DNA of 63,066 bases, filler included, from Salisapilia sapeloensis CBS 127946 (Eukaryota > Protista > Oomycota): NCBI GenBank assembly GCA_023334545.1. It is 6 parts of 6 records of this genome, joined end to end, with 100 filler letters (N's around TTAATTAATTAA, not from the genome) between each part and the next. Parts side by side here need not be neighbours in the genome. Positions count along the whole stretch, not along the records: positions 1 to 27,648 come from JAADVB010000233.1; 5 more parts are not named here. One strand, given 5' to 3'. Positions 1-13,397 of this stretch are shown here, piece by piece. Within the stretch, counting starts at the first letter, position 1, and each line of letters begins with the position of its first letter. The position numbers and the translations under genes are program-made. Under the pieces are notes generated by a model. The model saw only the letters and a list, made by a program, of their open reading frames with translations, was not told the origin of the DNA and did not search any database.

Positions 1-816
1 ACGTTATCGAGTGCTTCGATCCCGTTATGGCTCAAATAGAGCTCCTCTAGACTCTCATTCTCTTCCAATCCTTCAATCTTCACCAATCGATTGCTCTATC
101 CTCTCCATCGTCAGTATCAATGTACCATTTCTCTAGAATGCACATACCTGGACACTTAGAATACGCAGTTTCTTGAGCTTTTCAAGTCCCTTGATCTCTG
201 TAATCTTGTTCTTTCCAAGCCACAGCTCCTCTAAATTCTCCAGACCATCCAATCCTTCAATCGTCCGAATGCGATTGGCACCCAAGTCCAACTTGCGCAA
301 GCTTTTTAGATTTTCCAGGCCAGAAATCTTGGTCAATTTGTTATTCGCAACGTATAATTCTTCCAGATGCGCCAAGGAAGAGAGGTCTGGGATGGACCGA
401 ATGTGGTTAAACGACAAGTCCAAGACTCGGACGTTCGGAATCGACTCAATCGATGACATCGACCGGATCTGGTTGTCGTAGAACTCGAGGTGGGTAAGGG
501 AAGGTAATGGAGGCAATGGCATCTCTTGGAGAAAGTTGGATCGGACATGCAGTTTCTATGCTTTTATCAGTGATCTATTCGAGTAGACACATAGCTAGTG
601 AATATACCTCGAGGTTCGGCATGTTCTCCAGACCATTCAGCTCCTTGACCTTGAAGCCAGTCGTTCCGACGTGGAATATTTCCTATGTATCCACCACATC
701 TACCATCACTATCGGCTCCATGTCGAATGAAAACGAATCATAGGACAAACCTCATCGTCCTTGCTGAACTCGACACACTCGGTCAAGGTGACTGCAGTCG
801 CACCAGGTTCTTCCAT
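1..816 (-). CDS. SDS22: Protein phosphatase 1 regulatory subunit 7 (SDS22), LRR protein; multi-exon, 3' end runs off the window
   Basis: SDS22-type LRRs (LEFYDNQIRSM, LDLSFNHIRSI, LYVANNKLTKI, LDLGANRIRTIEGL, LWLGKNKITEIKGL, then SNRLVKIEGL, LYLSHNGIEAL). Exons inferred from GT-AG introns: 816-751, 682-608, 555-148, 95-1. Confidence 0.9.
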
Positions 817-1131
817 AACAAGCTCTTCATCCGAGTCTCCATGTCCACCGAGACTCGCTCTCTCCATCGAGACATTCACCACCCTGTCATCTGCATGCGG
901 CATACTCATATTGCTATCGGCTACTCTTTGTGTCCAAGTATACAAAAGCCAAGTGAGTATAGGGTGGCAGTCTATGGTTTTGGCACATCTTCCAGCGACA
1001 ATAATCCGAAAGTCGATCGATTGAGCGTCACGTGAGCTCCTTTCCCTCCTCTTGTACGCGCTTGGAGCAAGAAAGAACTGAAGTAGGTGTCTGGAATAGA
1101 CAAGAGTGACGACTAGTACCCGAGTAGCACG

Positions 1132-2181
1132 ATGGAAGGAATGCTCAACTACTTTGTGCCAGAGGATGGCGACTCGTCCGATCACCTCAACGTCGTCCCT
1201 CTGCCTCGTGTCGACCAACTCCAACTCCAACATATTAAGCAGGTTTGTATCAATTCCTATCATATTCCTACAGCTATTTACGTATGTTGCTGTCCTTTGA
1301 AGGCGTTTCCGTTGCCAGGAAGCTTTCACTTTCGATTTAAAACGCCGTTCGAAGGCACTTATGGTACGCCTATACGCCTATATGATATACTTCAGAAGCT
1401 CATGCAAGCCGACAGTATGGCTGGATGTACTACATGATGAAGATCCAGTGCCAGAGTACAATGGAATGATCATTAGCAAAGTCGCTCGCATGCAAGACGA
1501 CAGTCCAGACGACGTCCCTGTTGCATCTAAACCCGCTGCTTCAGATACAAATACCAGCACCAAGGCAGCGCCTGAACCTACGCCACAGGAAGAAGATCTT
1601 TTGGAGACAGGTCCTCCACCTTCATCCCCCCGTATGCCACGTTTGATCTTTATGTCATTCCTCTTGCTCATCACATTCATACAGAAAACGCATCAGCTGG
1701 TAACAAGTCTGCTGAATCCTATCACGACGACCTCGTTGGACTGGTACAGAATGGTTTATTCCATTTGCATTTAAATGCTCATGTCTGTTGTAGCTGTCAG
1801 ATCCATCGCCTGCACCAAGTCCACCACGCGACGCGTCTAAATCACAAGTATCATCCTCTTTCCGACTATCAGCGACATTTCATTCTCATCTTGTACAATT
1901 AGGGACCATCTAATGATCCGTTCAGCTTTTTCAACAGCGAACCACCAGCGAATAACACGCCGACGCCACCTGGCTCGATGCACTCGGCGTCCAGTCCGCA
2001 TCCTGGGCTAAGCCAAAGCGGTGGGAATTTCAACCACCAGCCGATGCAAAACTCGATGAACATTAGTCAAATGAACATGAACCAGATGCATCAGCAGCCG
2101 AACGCGAACGGAAACGCGAATAGTTTCCAAGGTCTCCAGTGGTCTGGCATGGGCCAACAGCAGCAGCAGCGGCCATGGTAG
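1132..2181 (+). CDS. DIX-like domain protein with low-complexity Gln/Asn-rich tail; multi-exon
   Basis: Splicing 1132-1242, 1303-1363 and 1416 onward gives MEGMLNYFVPEDGDSSDHLNVVPLPRVDQLQLQHIKQAFPLPGSFHFRFKTPFEGTYVWLDVLHDEDPVPEYNGMIISKVAR, which matches the DIX fold pattern. The last exon ends SFQGLQWSGMGQQQQQRPW*. Middle exons are not fully resolved. Confidence 0.75.
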
Positions 2182-2307
2182 AGAATCAATATAGCCTACA
2201 TCGTAGAGGATTGGTACAAATTCATTCGTTTTTGTTCAATCAAAAGTAGTGTGTGCAGCTGCATATCTTGAGCAGATTTACAGAAAAAAGTGATACAGAT
2301 ACAGATC

Positions 2308-3693
<1,386 letters not shown>

Positions 3694-3707
3694 TGCAAAA
3701 AGACAAA

Positions 3708-6459
3708 CTACAATGTTGCTTTCGAGTCCAGTACTTGGGACAAGAGCTTTTCGACACTTGCCTTGTCTTCCTTGTCGGATCCTTTCAGACCGCCTAGCAC
3801 AGCGTCATTCATCCTCGTCTTGCGTTCGGCCAGATTGTAAATGTCTTCATCCACCGTCGCTTTCGTCACGAGCTTGTACACCGTCACAGGACGTGTCTGA
3901 CCGATACGATGGCATCGGTCACATGCCTGCGCGTCTGTCGTAGGGTTAAAGTCCAGGTCATGCAGAATCACCGTGTCGGCTGCCGTGAGATTGATGCCGA
4001 GACCTCCTGCTCTTGTGCTGAGTAAAAACGCAAAGATGCTTTCGTCCGAATGGTACCTATCGATCAGTTCCTGCCTCTCAGCAACGTTCGTGCCACCATC
4101 CAGTCGGACGAACGACATGTCCAAGTGCTGCATCAGTAGTTCCATGAGGTCCAGCATCTTGGTCCATTGACTAAACAAGAGGACACGATGTCCGTCCTTC
4201 TTGAGTGTCGGCAACAGTGTCTGGAGGTAATCGAATTTGGACGACTGAAGGAGTTTGGATGGATCCAACTGCATTTGCTTGAGCTCTTTATTCGCTTCAT
4301 ACTGGACGCAGAGAGAGTGGAGCTCATAATCCGAGTACGACTCGATCTCTTTCTTCACTTGCGATACACTGCACTGCGTCCCGAAGGCTTCTGCCCGATG
4401 GAGGTAGTGCGCCATCAAGTCCAGTACACTGTCATCGGCATATTCCTGTCGCAGGAGGATCGGATGGTTCGCAGCCTTCCGCAGCTGCGTGAACATGTGC
4501 GTGTCGCTCGGCATGTCCTTCTTGCCTCCGCCGTTGTAGTTCCCAATGAGCTCCTTGGTCTTCCGCGCTCTCCTGTCCGCGACACTCTCTCCTCTCCTCC
4601 TCTTCTTCATCTCCTTCTTGTCCAACTTTTCCTGTGCCTGCTCCTGCTTTTGCTTTCGAACGGCATCAATCAGTCCGTCATACACTTCTTTCTGATCCTG
4701 TCGTGGCTCTAGCATCTCTACTTTCTCTACTTTCGGCACGAGCTGCGTCAGCACCTGTCGCTTCTCTCTTCGTAGAATAAAGGGTGCTAGAATTTGCCGT
4801 AACTGCTCCACCTTGGCTTCATGTGTGCCTTGGAAGAACGTCAGCAGAGCGTCGGACCCGTGGTCAAAGACCTTGGGCATGAGGAACGATAAGAGTGCGA
4901 GGAGTTCATTCAAATTGTTCTGCAGTGGAGTACCACTGAGTACCAGTCGATGGGCTGCACGTAGATTCGCGATACGTTTGAAACGAGAGCTCTTGGCGTT
5001 CTTAATACTGTGTCCTTCGTCCAACACCATGTACTCGAATCGGAAGCTGCGCAAGAATGCTCGGTCGTCTTGACAAGCATCTCGTTCAAAGTACGAGTAG
5101 GTGGTTAGCATCACGTCAAAGTCGCTCGAGTGGAGAGACTCTTGCAAGTCGAGACGATCTTCCTTCGTGCCGTGATACTTGACGATACGCACCTTGGGTG
5201 CAATCCATTCAAACTCTCGTTCCCAATTGCTTAAGACACTTGCAGGAACGATGACTAGATGAGGTTTTTCAATGTCTCTTGGCAAAGCGAGTAAGAAGGA
5301 TATTGCCTGGACGGTCTTTCCGAGTCCCATCTCGTCTGCCAAGACACCGGACACGCGGTTCTGATAGAGAAGAAGGAGCCAATTGACACCTACGATCTGA
5401 TACGGTTTTAGTTCTAACGATTCCGACACGCCCACTAGGTCTTTCTGTGTCACGATCTTGGCGTTCTGGTCCATACTAGTGAGACTCACGTGGTCTCCGA
5501 TGGATTCACTTGCTCCTCCCCACTGCTCAATGGACGTCCGGAGACGATTCGCAATGATTTTACAGTCGTTCAAGAGCTTTGCGACTTCATCTGTCGCGGA
5601 TAGAGCTCTCGGGGCAGACTCATCGTCGGAGCTTTCATCTCCGAAAGCGTCGACCATGGCTTCTCGCTTCCCATACGTCTCACGGACAGTTGTGGAAGGC
5701 TTCGTTCGAGTCAAATTGGACTGAATACGCTTCTTTGTCAACGTAGATAGTCGCTCTGGTTTATTCAAACTAGCTGGTGGAGTAGTCGACTGTGCTTTGG
5801 CGTCTCCATGGCCGTAAGATGCCATCCAATTAGGAGATTTCGTCGGCGTCGGATTTTCATCGTCGGAATCTTCAATCACTTTGGTCTTTTTACTCGGTCG
5901 AGGCGTTTCTTCCGTCTCACTTTCACTACTATCGTCATCTATAATGATCTGCTTTGTACGCTTCGGTTGGGAAGCGCTACTGCTAGAGTCTAAGGACGCT
6001 GATATGTCGCTCGGACTAGCACGTTTAAATTGCATGACATCTGCTGCTTTCTGCTGTGTAGTATGGGAATTTGGATGAGCGGATGTCGAGTGACTGTTGG
6101 CGGACGTTTGGTTGACAGTCGCAGTGGCTTTAGAGGCAACAGTCGTGTCGATGACCTCGTACTTGGTCAGCGTCCCATTCGCATAGAACGTGTCCCTATG
6201 GCAAGCATGAATAATTTATAGGTACACGCATGTACTGAAGCTTATACCTGGCGTCTAGAAGGACGACGTCGCCTGGGCGCAGGACGCTCTGCTTGAGTTT
6301 CCGCGTGACTACGATCGCCGTGTGCCCACAGCAGCGCAGTGCTACACGATCATCACTCAAGCAGACGCTTCCTCTTCCTCCACACACTTTCACTTCATCT
6401 CCATTCTCATTCAAGTCGTAGCGGCGGCCGCTCACACTTTCCTTGACACTCAATACCAT
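3708..6459 (-). CDS. SMARCAD1: SNF2-family chromatin remodeller, SMARCAD1/Fun30/ETL1-like; two exons (6459-6248, 6195-3708), about 899 aa
   Basis: LKPYQIVGVNWL, VLADEMGLGKT, LDEGHSIKN, LSGTPLQNNLNEL, RKAANHPIL, FLLSTRAGGLGINL, QACDRCHRIGQ. A 52-nt GT-AG intron (6247-6196) joins an upstream exon in frame with the listed ORF. Confidence 0.85.
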
Positions 6460-6668
6460 TCCTTTGTGTTTCCCGCCACCAACTACTTTCTTTTCTTTTC
6501 TCTTTTTCTTTCGACGATCTTGGTCTCTTTCAGCAACCTCCCACTGGAACAACCTCAATTGACCAAAAACCTCTGACAGAGAATGTAGAAAGTCGTATGA
6601 ACAATAAAGAGTTGTTTGGATTGAAAATGAGTTGAAAGAATACACACACATGCACAAGTATTTCCTAC

Positions 6669-7889
6669 TTAGTTTAGTTCATTCACGAGCACCGCCATGG
6701 AGTTCGCATGGGCTCGGCACAGACCCTTCTTCTTCACATGCTTGCTGCAGTCTGGCACCCTGCACTTGCGCTTGCCGCCATGGGCTGTGCACAGGTCTTG
6801 CCGAACCACACCTTTTTCGCATCCAGGTCGACTACATCGCTTGCCACCGCCGTGACGAATGCATAGACCCATGCTTCGCTGGATGTTCGAGCAGCCATTC
6901 ACGCGGCAGATACGTCCGCCTCCATGGGCCACACACAGGCCTTTGCTCTGAGCTCCTCGTGTGCATCCCTTTCGCTGACAGCGTCGACCGCCGCCGTGAG
7001 AGATACACAGACCACGGGTCACAGCATTGCTCTGACAGTGGGGTACGTCGCACAGTTTCTTACCGCGAGACTTGTCACAATTTTCCGCTTGCTCCTGTGC
7101 TCGCTTTTGCTGCTCCATTTCGTGCACTACTTGTGCGGACTCGGCAAGCGATTGGAGGCGAGAGTGACCCTCCGGTAGAAATTGAGTCAATTGGAGCGTC
7201 TCGGGACAAGTCGGACGCGTATACACGTCGACGGAAGTGCTTCGGCTAAAGTTTTTGGTTCGCTGAGGCGCTTGGTCCGACGAACTTGGGATCGTACAAT
7301 GTTTGTCCATTAGACGAAGCGCTTTAAACGGCTTCAGCATCGAGTCCGACGGACACGACATGGACCTGCTGTAGTTACTAGGCAGTACCTCTTCTTCTGT
7401 CGGGAAGTTGTTACCACTGATACTCGCATTAATCACTGCCGGAGGGTTTGATGCTCCTCTTGGTCGCTTCAAAGGAGGAATGGTCGTATTCGGACTGACT
7501 GGCGACGCAATCGAGTACCTCGGGCTGTTGGTACACGACTGAGGCGACATTGGAGCACTGATACGACATTCACCTAGACTCGGAAGCATCCGAGGTGACG
7601 AGATGCAGGGACGAGAGGAGTGGGGAGATGAGTCACGATGGGCAGTCGGTGGCGCCATCTCGCGATTCCGTTCAAAGAAGCGGGAGACCGGAGTTACCGC
7701 TGGCGCTCGTTGGAAGGTGAAGATGGATCCGTTAGGTGATTGAGGTGACGCTCGTAATTCTCCACTCGCATATTCGTCTGAAGTCTTGTGAAATCGACAG
7801 TTGTTGTACCTCTGATTGCCGTAAGACGTGCTGGATGTTTCCTGATGGTTGATCGGGTAGTTTTCGCTGTTTTCGAACGTGTCCATCAT
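6669..7889 (-). CDS. Protein with C-terminal Cys/His GGG-repeat zinc-finger array (often auto-annotated 'WRKY19-like' in oomycetes)
   Basis: Five repeats of C-x4-C-x8/9-C-x2-H-G-G (CDVPHCQSNAVTRGLCISHGGG, CQRKGCTRGAQSKGLCVAHGGG, etc.) after a Ser/Pro-rich N-terminus. Confidence 0.85.
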   Translation of the reverse strand: MMDTFENSENYPINHQETSSTSYGNQRYNNCRFHKTSDEYASGELRASPQSPNGSIFTFQRAPAVTPVSRFFERNREMAPPTAHRDSSPHSSRPCISSPRMLPSLGECRISAPMSPQSCTNSPRYSIASPVSPNTTIPPLKRPRGASNPPAVINASISGNNFPTEEEVLPSNYSRSMSCPSDSMLKPFKALRLMDKHCTIPSSSDQAPQRTKNFSRSTSVDVYTRPTCPETLQLTQFLPEGHSRLQSLAESAQVVHEMEQQKRAQEQAENCDKSRGKKLCDVPHCQSNAVTRGLCISHGGGRRCQRKGCTRGAQSKGLCVAHGGGRICRVNGCSNIQRSMGLCIRHGGGKRCSRPGCEKGVVRQDLCTAHGGKRKCRVPDCSKHVKKKGLCRAHANSMAVLVNELN

Positions 7890-8144
7890 TTCCTCGTGTT
7901 CCTAGTGCTGTAGATGGTCGTTCGAGGTCCTTGTGGCTAATTGCGAAGTGCACTTGATCTTGTCAATCGGGCCGAGGGTGAGAATTTCCGAGGCCGGAAA
8001 AATATCGAAGACAAAGGTCCCTCCTTCTCCCACTCTCGTCTTTCTACGGACTTGTGCTCGTCAAGAGCACTACGTCTTTGCTTCAATAAAAAAGATCACA
8101 AGTGCGGAAGGAAAATCTTTCTTTCGATGTCGCAGTAAAAGTAG

Positions 8145-9410
8145 TTGAAACCAACAGGAGAGAGCTTGGGAGCCGAGCTTGCGGTTACGTGGGGAGTGGC
8201 GTACGTGCTGCAAATGTCCTATTCGGAGCTTTTAAAGCACGATGGGATATCAATTGTAACTGTCTTCGTCAGTCAATCTTTCACGTCACTGACCAAGTCA
8301 GACGGGCATCTGGACTTGCGTGCGAGGATGGAGGATCCCTTTCTTCCCACCAAGCTCTCTTCCTATAGGTACATGTCCGCTGTGGTTGATACTAGTGGTC
8401 ATGTGGGCCCTGCAAAGGCATGATATCAAGTCCAGGCTGTCGAGAACGTCGACATGCAGCATGACACCCCTTTGGATACTTTCAAGGGTCGACGTACGTT
8501 GGTACAAGAGAAGCGAAAGGCAGTTTTGACCATCGGGAGAGGACAGGATCCTTGCAATCTCGTATCCGTTTAGCATAAACAGGCGGAGTTTCGATCACAA
8601 GCCACTTGCAGCGCGTTTGAACTTGCTCACTTCGACTACCTAATCTACATGCGTGATAACTTTTGATTGACACTGCACATCCCTTTTGGCTTGTAGTGTT
8701 CATAGAAGTGAACAACTCATCCGCTACTGCCTTTGATCAAGACAGAAAAGAAACGCGGACTAAGACGCGAAGCCTCCTAGTTGATAGTTTCGACGTGCAT
8801 AGGCTTTGCGTACGTGGTGTTGAAGACGCCTGATATCCTCTGACGGTAGAAAAAGAGAGATTCTGGAATTTTTCATCTCCCTTTCATCCCATACTAGAGC
8901 CTTTCATCCTGCCGTACCCCTCAATGGAAAATTTACGGCTAAATCATCTACTCGAGCGCACGTCGTGAATGATATGCAGGCACTCGCACGTTTGGCTAGT
9001 GGCTCAGACAAGACAGCATATCACAATTGCAATAGCGCGTACATTACATGCAACCGGAGTGCCTGTTTTTGTTGATAGCGATTCATCTCGCGCCCAAGTT
9101 TTCGGCATTGCAAGCAGTCGTTTGTCGTCGCTGTCGTGCTTAGTTCGAATAGAAGAAGGCAGAGATAGATAAAGAGGGTTCATGTATACAAGGTCAGATC
9201 AGTATAAACGTTTCTTTAGCCGCATACCCCTTCACCGGTCTAGGCAAAAACGCATACAATTAATAATTACTATGAGCGTGTGACAAGATAGATAGCTATC
9301 CGATGGAATTGCAATTTCTTGTAGATCCAGGACATCAGCACATCCCACTGTAGCCCCAGATGTTGTGTTCGCGTCAGCCAAATCAAATCGTGGCTTCAGG
9401 TTCTAATAGC
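8145..9410 (+). CDS. Possible multi-exon hypothetical gene; structure unresolved
   Basis: Several open segments flanked by AG/GT signals, e.g. VFIEVNNSSATAFDQDRKETRTKTRSLLVDSFDVHRLC and AFHPAVPLNGKFTAKSSTRAHVVNDMQALARLASGSDKTAYH. No family recognised. Confidence 0.3.
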
Positions 9411-9474
9411 TCCGCCATGATCTCGCGGACGGCGTGAAGCGCCTTCCATCGTCATGGTTTCCCGGTATATTTCT

Positions 9475-10012
9475 TCATCGGTCCAAGTGGTGTTGTAAAA
9501 TTTTCCTTCCATCTCCAAAGATACAGAAAGACCAATCCTTAAAAAAGAGATCAATCAGCTTGGACTGCATGGTTTTTCTGACGCAAACGCCACGACGGGC
9601 AATGATAGATTTTATGGAAAAGACATCTTCGCACGCAAGAAATGCCGCTACGAGCGTTCGGTAGCTCCTGTACGAGGTGATCAAATCCGTCGTGCACGTA
9701 GATCCATCGTTAGAAGAGTTAATTATACCTTTCTTTGCAATCTTGCATTTCATATCGATGCCAAGTTGGCAGCAAAACCAAAGCAAAGTCACAGCGGGCT
9801 TGCATGAGCGAACATTCTGAGGAAACCTGCGCCAAATATGGAAGCTGCAGATCTGCACACTCAACCGCGTAGTCAAGTCGCACGAAGGTGCCTAGCTCTT
9901 CGTTCGACCAACCTGCTGGAAACACATATTTGGACACGAAAACGCATGTCGTCGTGGTAACTTGGGAATCACGAAGATGATTCGACACTCCAGTGAAAGT
10001 GAAGACAACCAA
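9475..10012 (-). CDS. Possible two-exon hypothetical protein
   Basis: ORF 9719-10012 splices at AAAG|GTATAA...TACAG|GAGC into the frame of ORF 9475-9876 (...YEMQDCKERSYRTLVAAFLACEDVF...). No family recognised and start uncertain. Confidence 0.35.
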
Positions 10013-10152
10013 ATCAGGATATAAGGATGTGCGCTGCTGGTTTCATCAGTCTATTTCCGCAAAATGTGAAACTTACCCTCCACAAAGTCTTGAAACGGAT
10101 CCAATGACTTTAATGGTCACACCAAACTCTTGCATCGCACGTGGATTTGACC

Positions 10153-12885
10153 ATGAAGCGCAAGTCGAAGAGTTGGACGAATAGTCGAGTCCAGCCTCAA
10201 AGTGCCAATCTACCGGCAAAATCCCCGAGCAACGTTGATTTGGCTTTATCGTCTAATCAGGGAGTGACAAACACAGATACCTCTGCGCCAACTATCCATA
10301 CAATTAATTCAATTGCTGCAACGGGAAACGTAAACGTGTATGTAAATGATGCCCCTTTTCAATCTCTCCCTAATCTACATGCTGGTAGCGACCATGTCAC
10401 GCAGGATGAGAATGCTACAAAATCAAAATCACCTCATTGGAAAGCGTTGGGTAAGATGAAGATGCTGGTCAAGTTACAACTGAACGCAGAAGGCAAAGAT
10501 GACTTTGATATTTATCATGACTCGAGCACACACCATTCGAAGCGCGTTTATATGCTGCACCCAAACTCCAAGTGGCGAAGAGTGTGGGAGATTTTGACTG
10601 CCTGCTGCGTATTTTATGTTTGCACGATGGTACGGACCTTTTCCTTTCAAATACCTACTCACTCGTCTTACGCATCAACATGAATGTGACTAGGTTCCTC
10701 TCATCGCCGGATTTGATTACATCGACTGGAGTGGCTTAGACAGTTTCAATACTTTCATCGATATCTACTTTCTTTGCGGTAAGTGTGAGCTATCTATTCC
10801 ATCTTTTAACGATTGCTAATATACCCCCGTACGTGTACATCATAGACATGGTCGTAACGCTACGTACAGGTATCGTGTCGAACGGTGAAGTCATTATGGA
10901 TACGCGTAGAGTTGCCCGAAAGTACTTTCATACGTGGTTCATCGTGGACTTGATCTCCAACTTTCCACTTGCCCTTTTCGTCGACAACTCTGCCAAGAAA
11001 TCTTTGAAAATCTTTAAACTGCAAAAGATCCCCAAGCTATTGCGAATGGGCAAACTACTGCGATACTTGCGCGAGTATGCCAAGTATTATAATCTGGCTG
11101 TAAGTGTAGTTAGCCTCATCTTTAGCATTCACATATTTACTTGCTTGTGGGCAAATGTGTTTCATGAATGTTTGGATGAAGAAGAAAACTTTCTGTGTGA
11201 TGCTGCAGAGGTAGACCTATGCTTTACGTACTAGCTAGTAACCGACAAACTAATCGTGGTGCAGATGCCGCCCATGTACATTGAATGCATGCACATAATT
11301 GTCGACATGTTTCTTGGTATTAGTGAAGGCACATCGTATGCGAGTATATCCCACTTGTCCAATCCTCAAGACATCGCAACGGCAAAGGCTCATATTCTTA
11401 GCGTCACATTGTTCCTTCTCGGCCTCATCCTCACCTCCTTTTTGTTCGGCAACATCCTCGTATTGCTCATTGGGTGGGATCAACAAAAAGCTCAGTTCCG
11501 GAATCGCATGGATGTCATCTCGGCCGAAATGAAGTACTACGAGCTACCAACAGACATTCAGGTACGTATAATCAATTCTTTTGAAGAACAAGAGTATGAC
11601 TGTGGCCATAGCATCGAGTGCGGCGCAACTACGACTACCTATGGATCAATGTACAGCGAACTCATTTAATTTACATGCTTATGTTGTTGTATTTTAACAC
11701 TGTTTACAGCAACGAGCTTATTCGGACATGATGCTTCTAAATCAGCCTGGTATCTCGAAGGGACTCCGGACGACCATCGCTTTACATTTGTACAAGGATT
11801 TGGTCAAGACTGTTCCATTCTTCGCTGGATCTGACGTCCGCTTCCTTGGTAAAGTGTGCTTAGCGTTGGAGACGGCCGTTTACCTTCCAGGTGATACGAT
11901 CATATACTATGATGATATCGGCAAAGAGATGTTTATTGTCCGTAAGGGATTGGTGGAAGTCATCCTCCCAAACCAAGCACAAGACGATCCAGTGGACGAG
12001 TCGAAGCGTATATATCTTCGGGATGGCAATTTCTTTGGCGAAACAGCTCTGGTCATTGATGTTAGACGAACGAATACTGTGAAAGCTGTCACGATTTGTG
12101 ATTTAAACGTGCTTAGTAAGTCTGCTTTTGATGAAATTGTGGCCGAATATCCAGAGTTTGGAGAGCGTATGAAGCGTACGGTCATTAAAAGGCAGTTGGA
12201 TAACATGAATATTCAATCTCCGGATGAAAAACGGAAGGTGAAGCGACAACTCAACTTGGTCGTGGAGAAGTCTTTAAAAGCTAGGCGGCTGTCCGTGTCG
12301 TTGCGAGCTTTATATAAAGCGAAGAAGATTGGAGATAGGCTAAAAGAGATAACAGATAGGTCGGGCAAGGAAACAAAGGCTCCTTCTGTAAAGAAACTGA
12401 GGAAGCTGTCGAAAGCTGTCGTCCACACTCCGCCTACACAAAATCATAAATTAACTGGTCTTTCGGTCGAAGACCAGCCAAAGATGTCGCCGGTGACAAG
12501 TGAAGGATCATTTGAATCGATTCCCTCGGACGGGCCCAATAGTAGTATAAACAGTCAAGCAGTAAGGAATGAGAATGAGAGTGGAGTGCGCGTTCGTAGA
12601 CAGTCCGTAAAGATGGACGTCGTTTCTCGAAAAATGAGCAAAGTCGAAATGGAGGCGAAGTTACTCCCGAGTGCATTAGTCGAGATTTCCCGTATGGTGG
12701 ATGAGATTAAAAAGAAAACTGATCGACTAGAGAGGAGGCTTTATGATCAAGAAGATGAGTGTTCTGAGGAAGAGATCGACAGTGAAGAAGAAGATAGTAA
12801 GTTCGAAAGTGAAATTCTTGGACATATTAGTCCCGTGGACGAAGCACCTGAAGAGGAAGACGAAACTTCTGGTTTTCAAACATGA
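10153..12885 (+). CDS. Cyclic-nucleotide-binding-domain ion channel (KCNH/HCN/CNG superfamily); multi-exon
   Basis: YMLHPNSKWRRVWE (S1 start), WFIVDLISNFP (S3), IFKLQKIPKLLRMGKLLRYLREY (S4), S6 then C-linker QFRNRMDVISAEMKYYELP, CNBD VPFFAGSD...FFGETALVIDVRRTNTVKA. Confidence 0.88.
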
Positions 12886-13152
12886 GTTATGCACGCAGCT
12901 TTAATTTGCTCGCATTAATTACGCAGCGATGTATAATATGACCTCGGTATTTTAAAAGTGCTTCTCATTCAGCTTTACCTTGAATAGCAGAGACTGGATC
13001 CTAACTAAAAGCCGTTCGTGCGCAACTAGTCGTAGCATGAACGCTTCTATATTATAAGTTACGACACATATGAAAATAAAAGTAAAGTATGCTCTGTTCA
13101 TGGTGATCTCCGTACTAAAGATATGACGGTAAATGTCAATCTTTTGTTTTAT

Positions 13153-13397
13153 TAGGGCGTGTCAAACCTGTCAAAGTTGCAAAATATAATGAGGTGTCTG
13201 ATTGCCAAATAAATGTCCATAACTTCTAAAATAATCGGAAGTTTTATTTCGAGCGCTCATGAATCAGTCAGACTCCAAATAGGATAAACCACCTCCGGAG
13301 GTGGTTTTTTATTTTGGAAATAAGATCAGTAGAGCCGAAAGATAAGAATCTTATTTAAGAAAAATAAGGCACTTTTTGCCAGGTTTGGCACCCCCTA
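13153..13397. mobile_element. MITE-like non-autonomous element, about 245 bp
   Basis: Imperfect terminal inverted repeats TAGGGCGTGTCAAACCTGTCAAA and (reverse complement) TAGGGGGTGCCAAACCTGGCAAA. AT-rich, non-coding interior with a perfect 22-bp palindrome at 13286-13307. Confidence 0.65.

Noticed and set aside
709-1329. 206-aa minus-strand ORF
   Set aside because: Chimeric reading: only 816-751 is SDS22 exon 1; the rest is promoter and antisense of the DIX gene.
13286-13312. Rho-independent terminator or bacterial contamination
   Set aside because: The hairpin plus T-run looks like a terminator, but it lies inside a TIR-bounded element between intron-containing or eukaryote-specific genes, with no bacterial ORF nearby.
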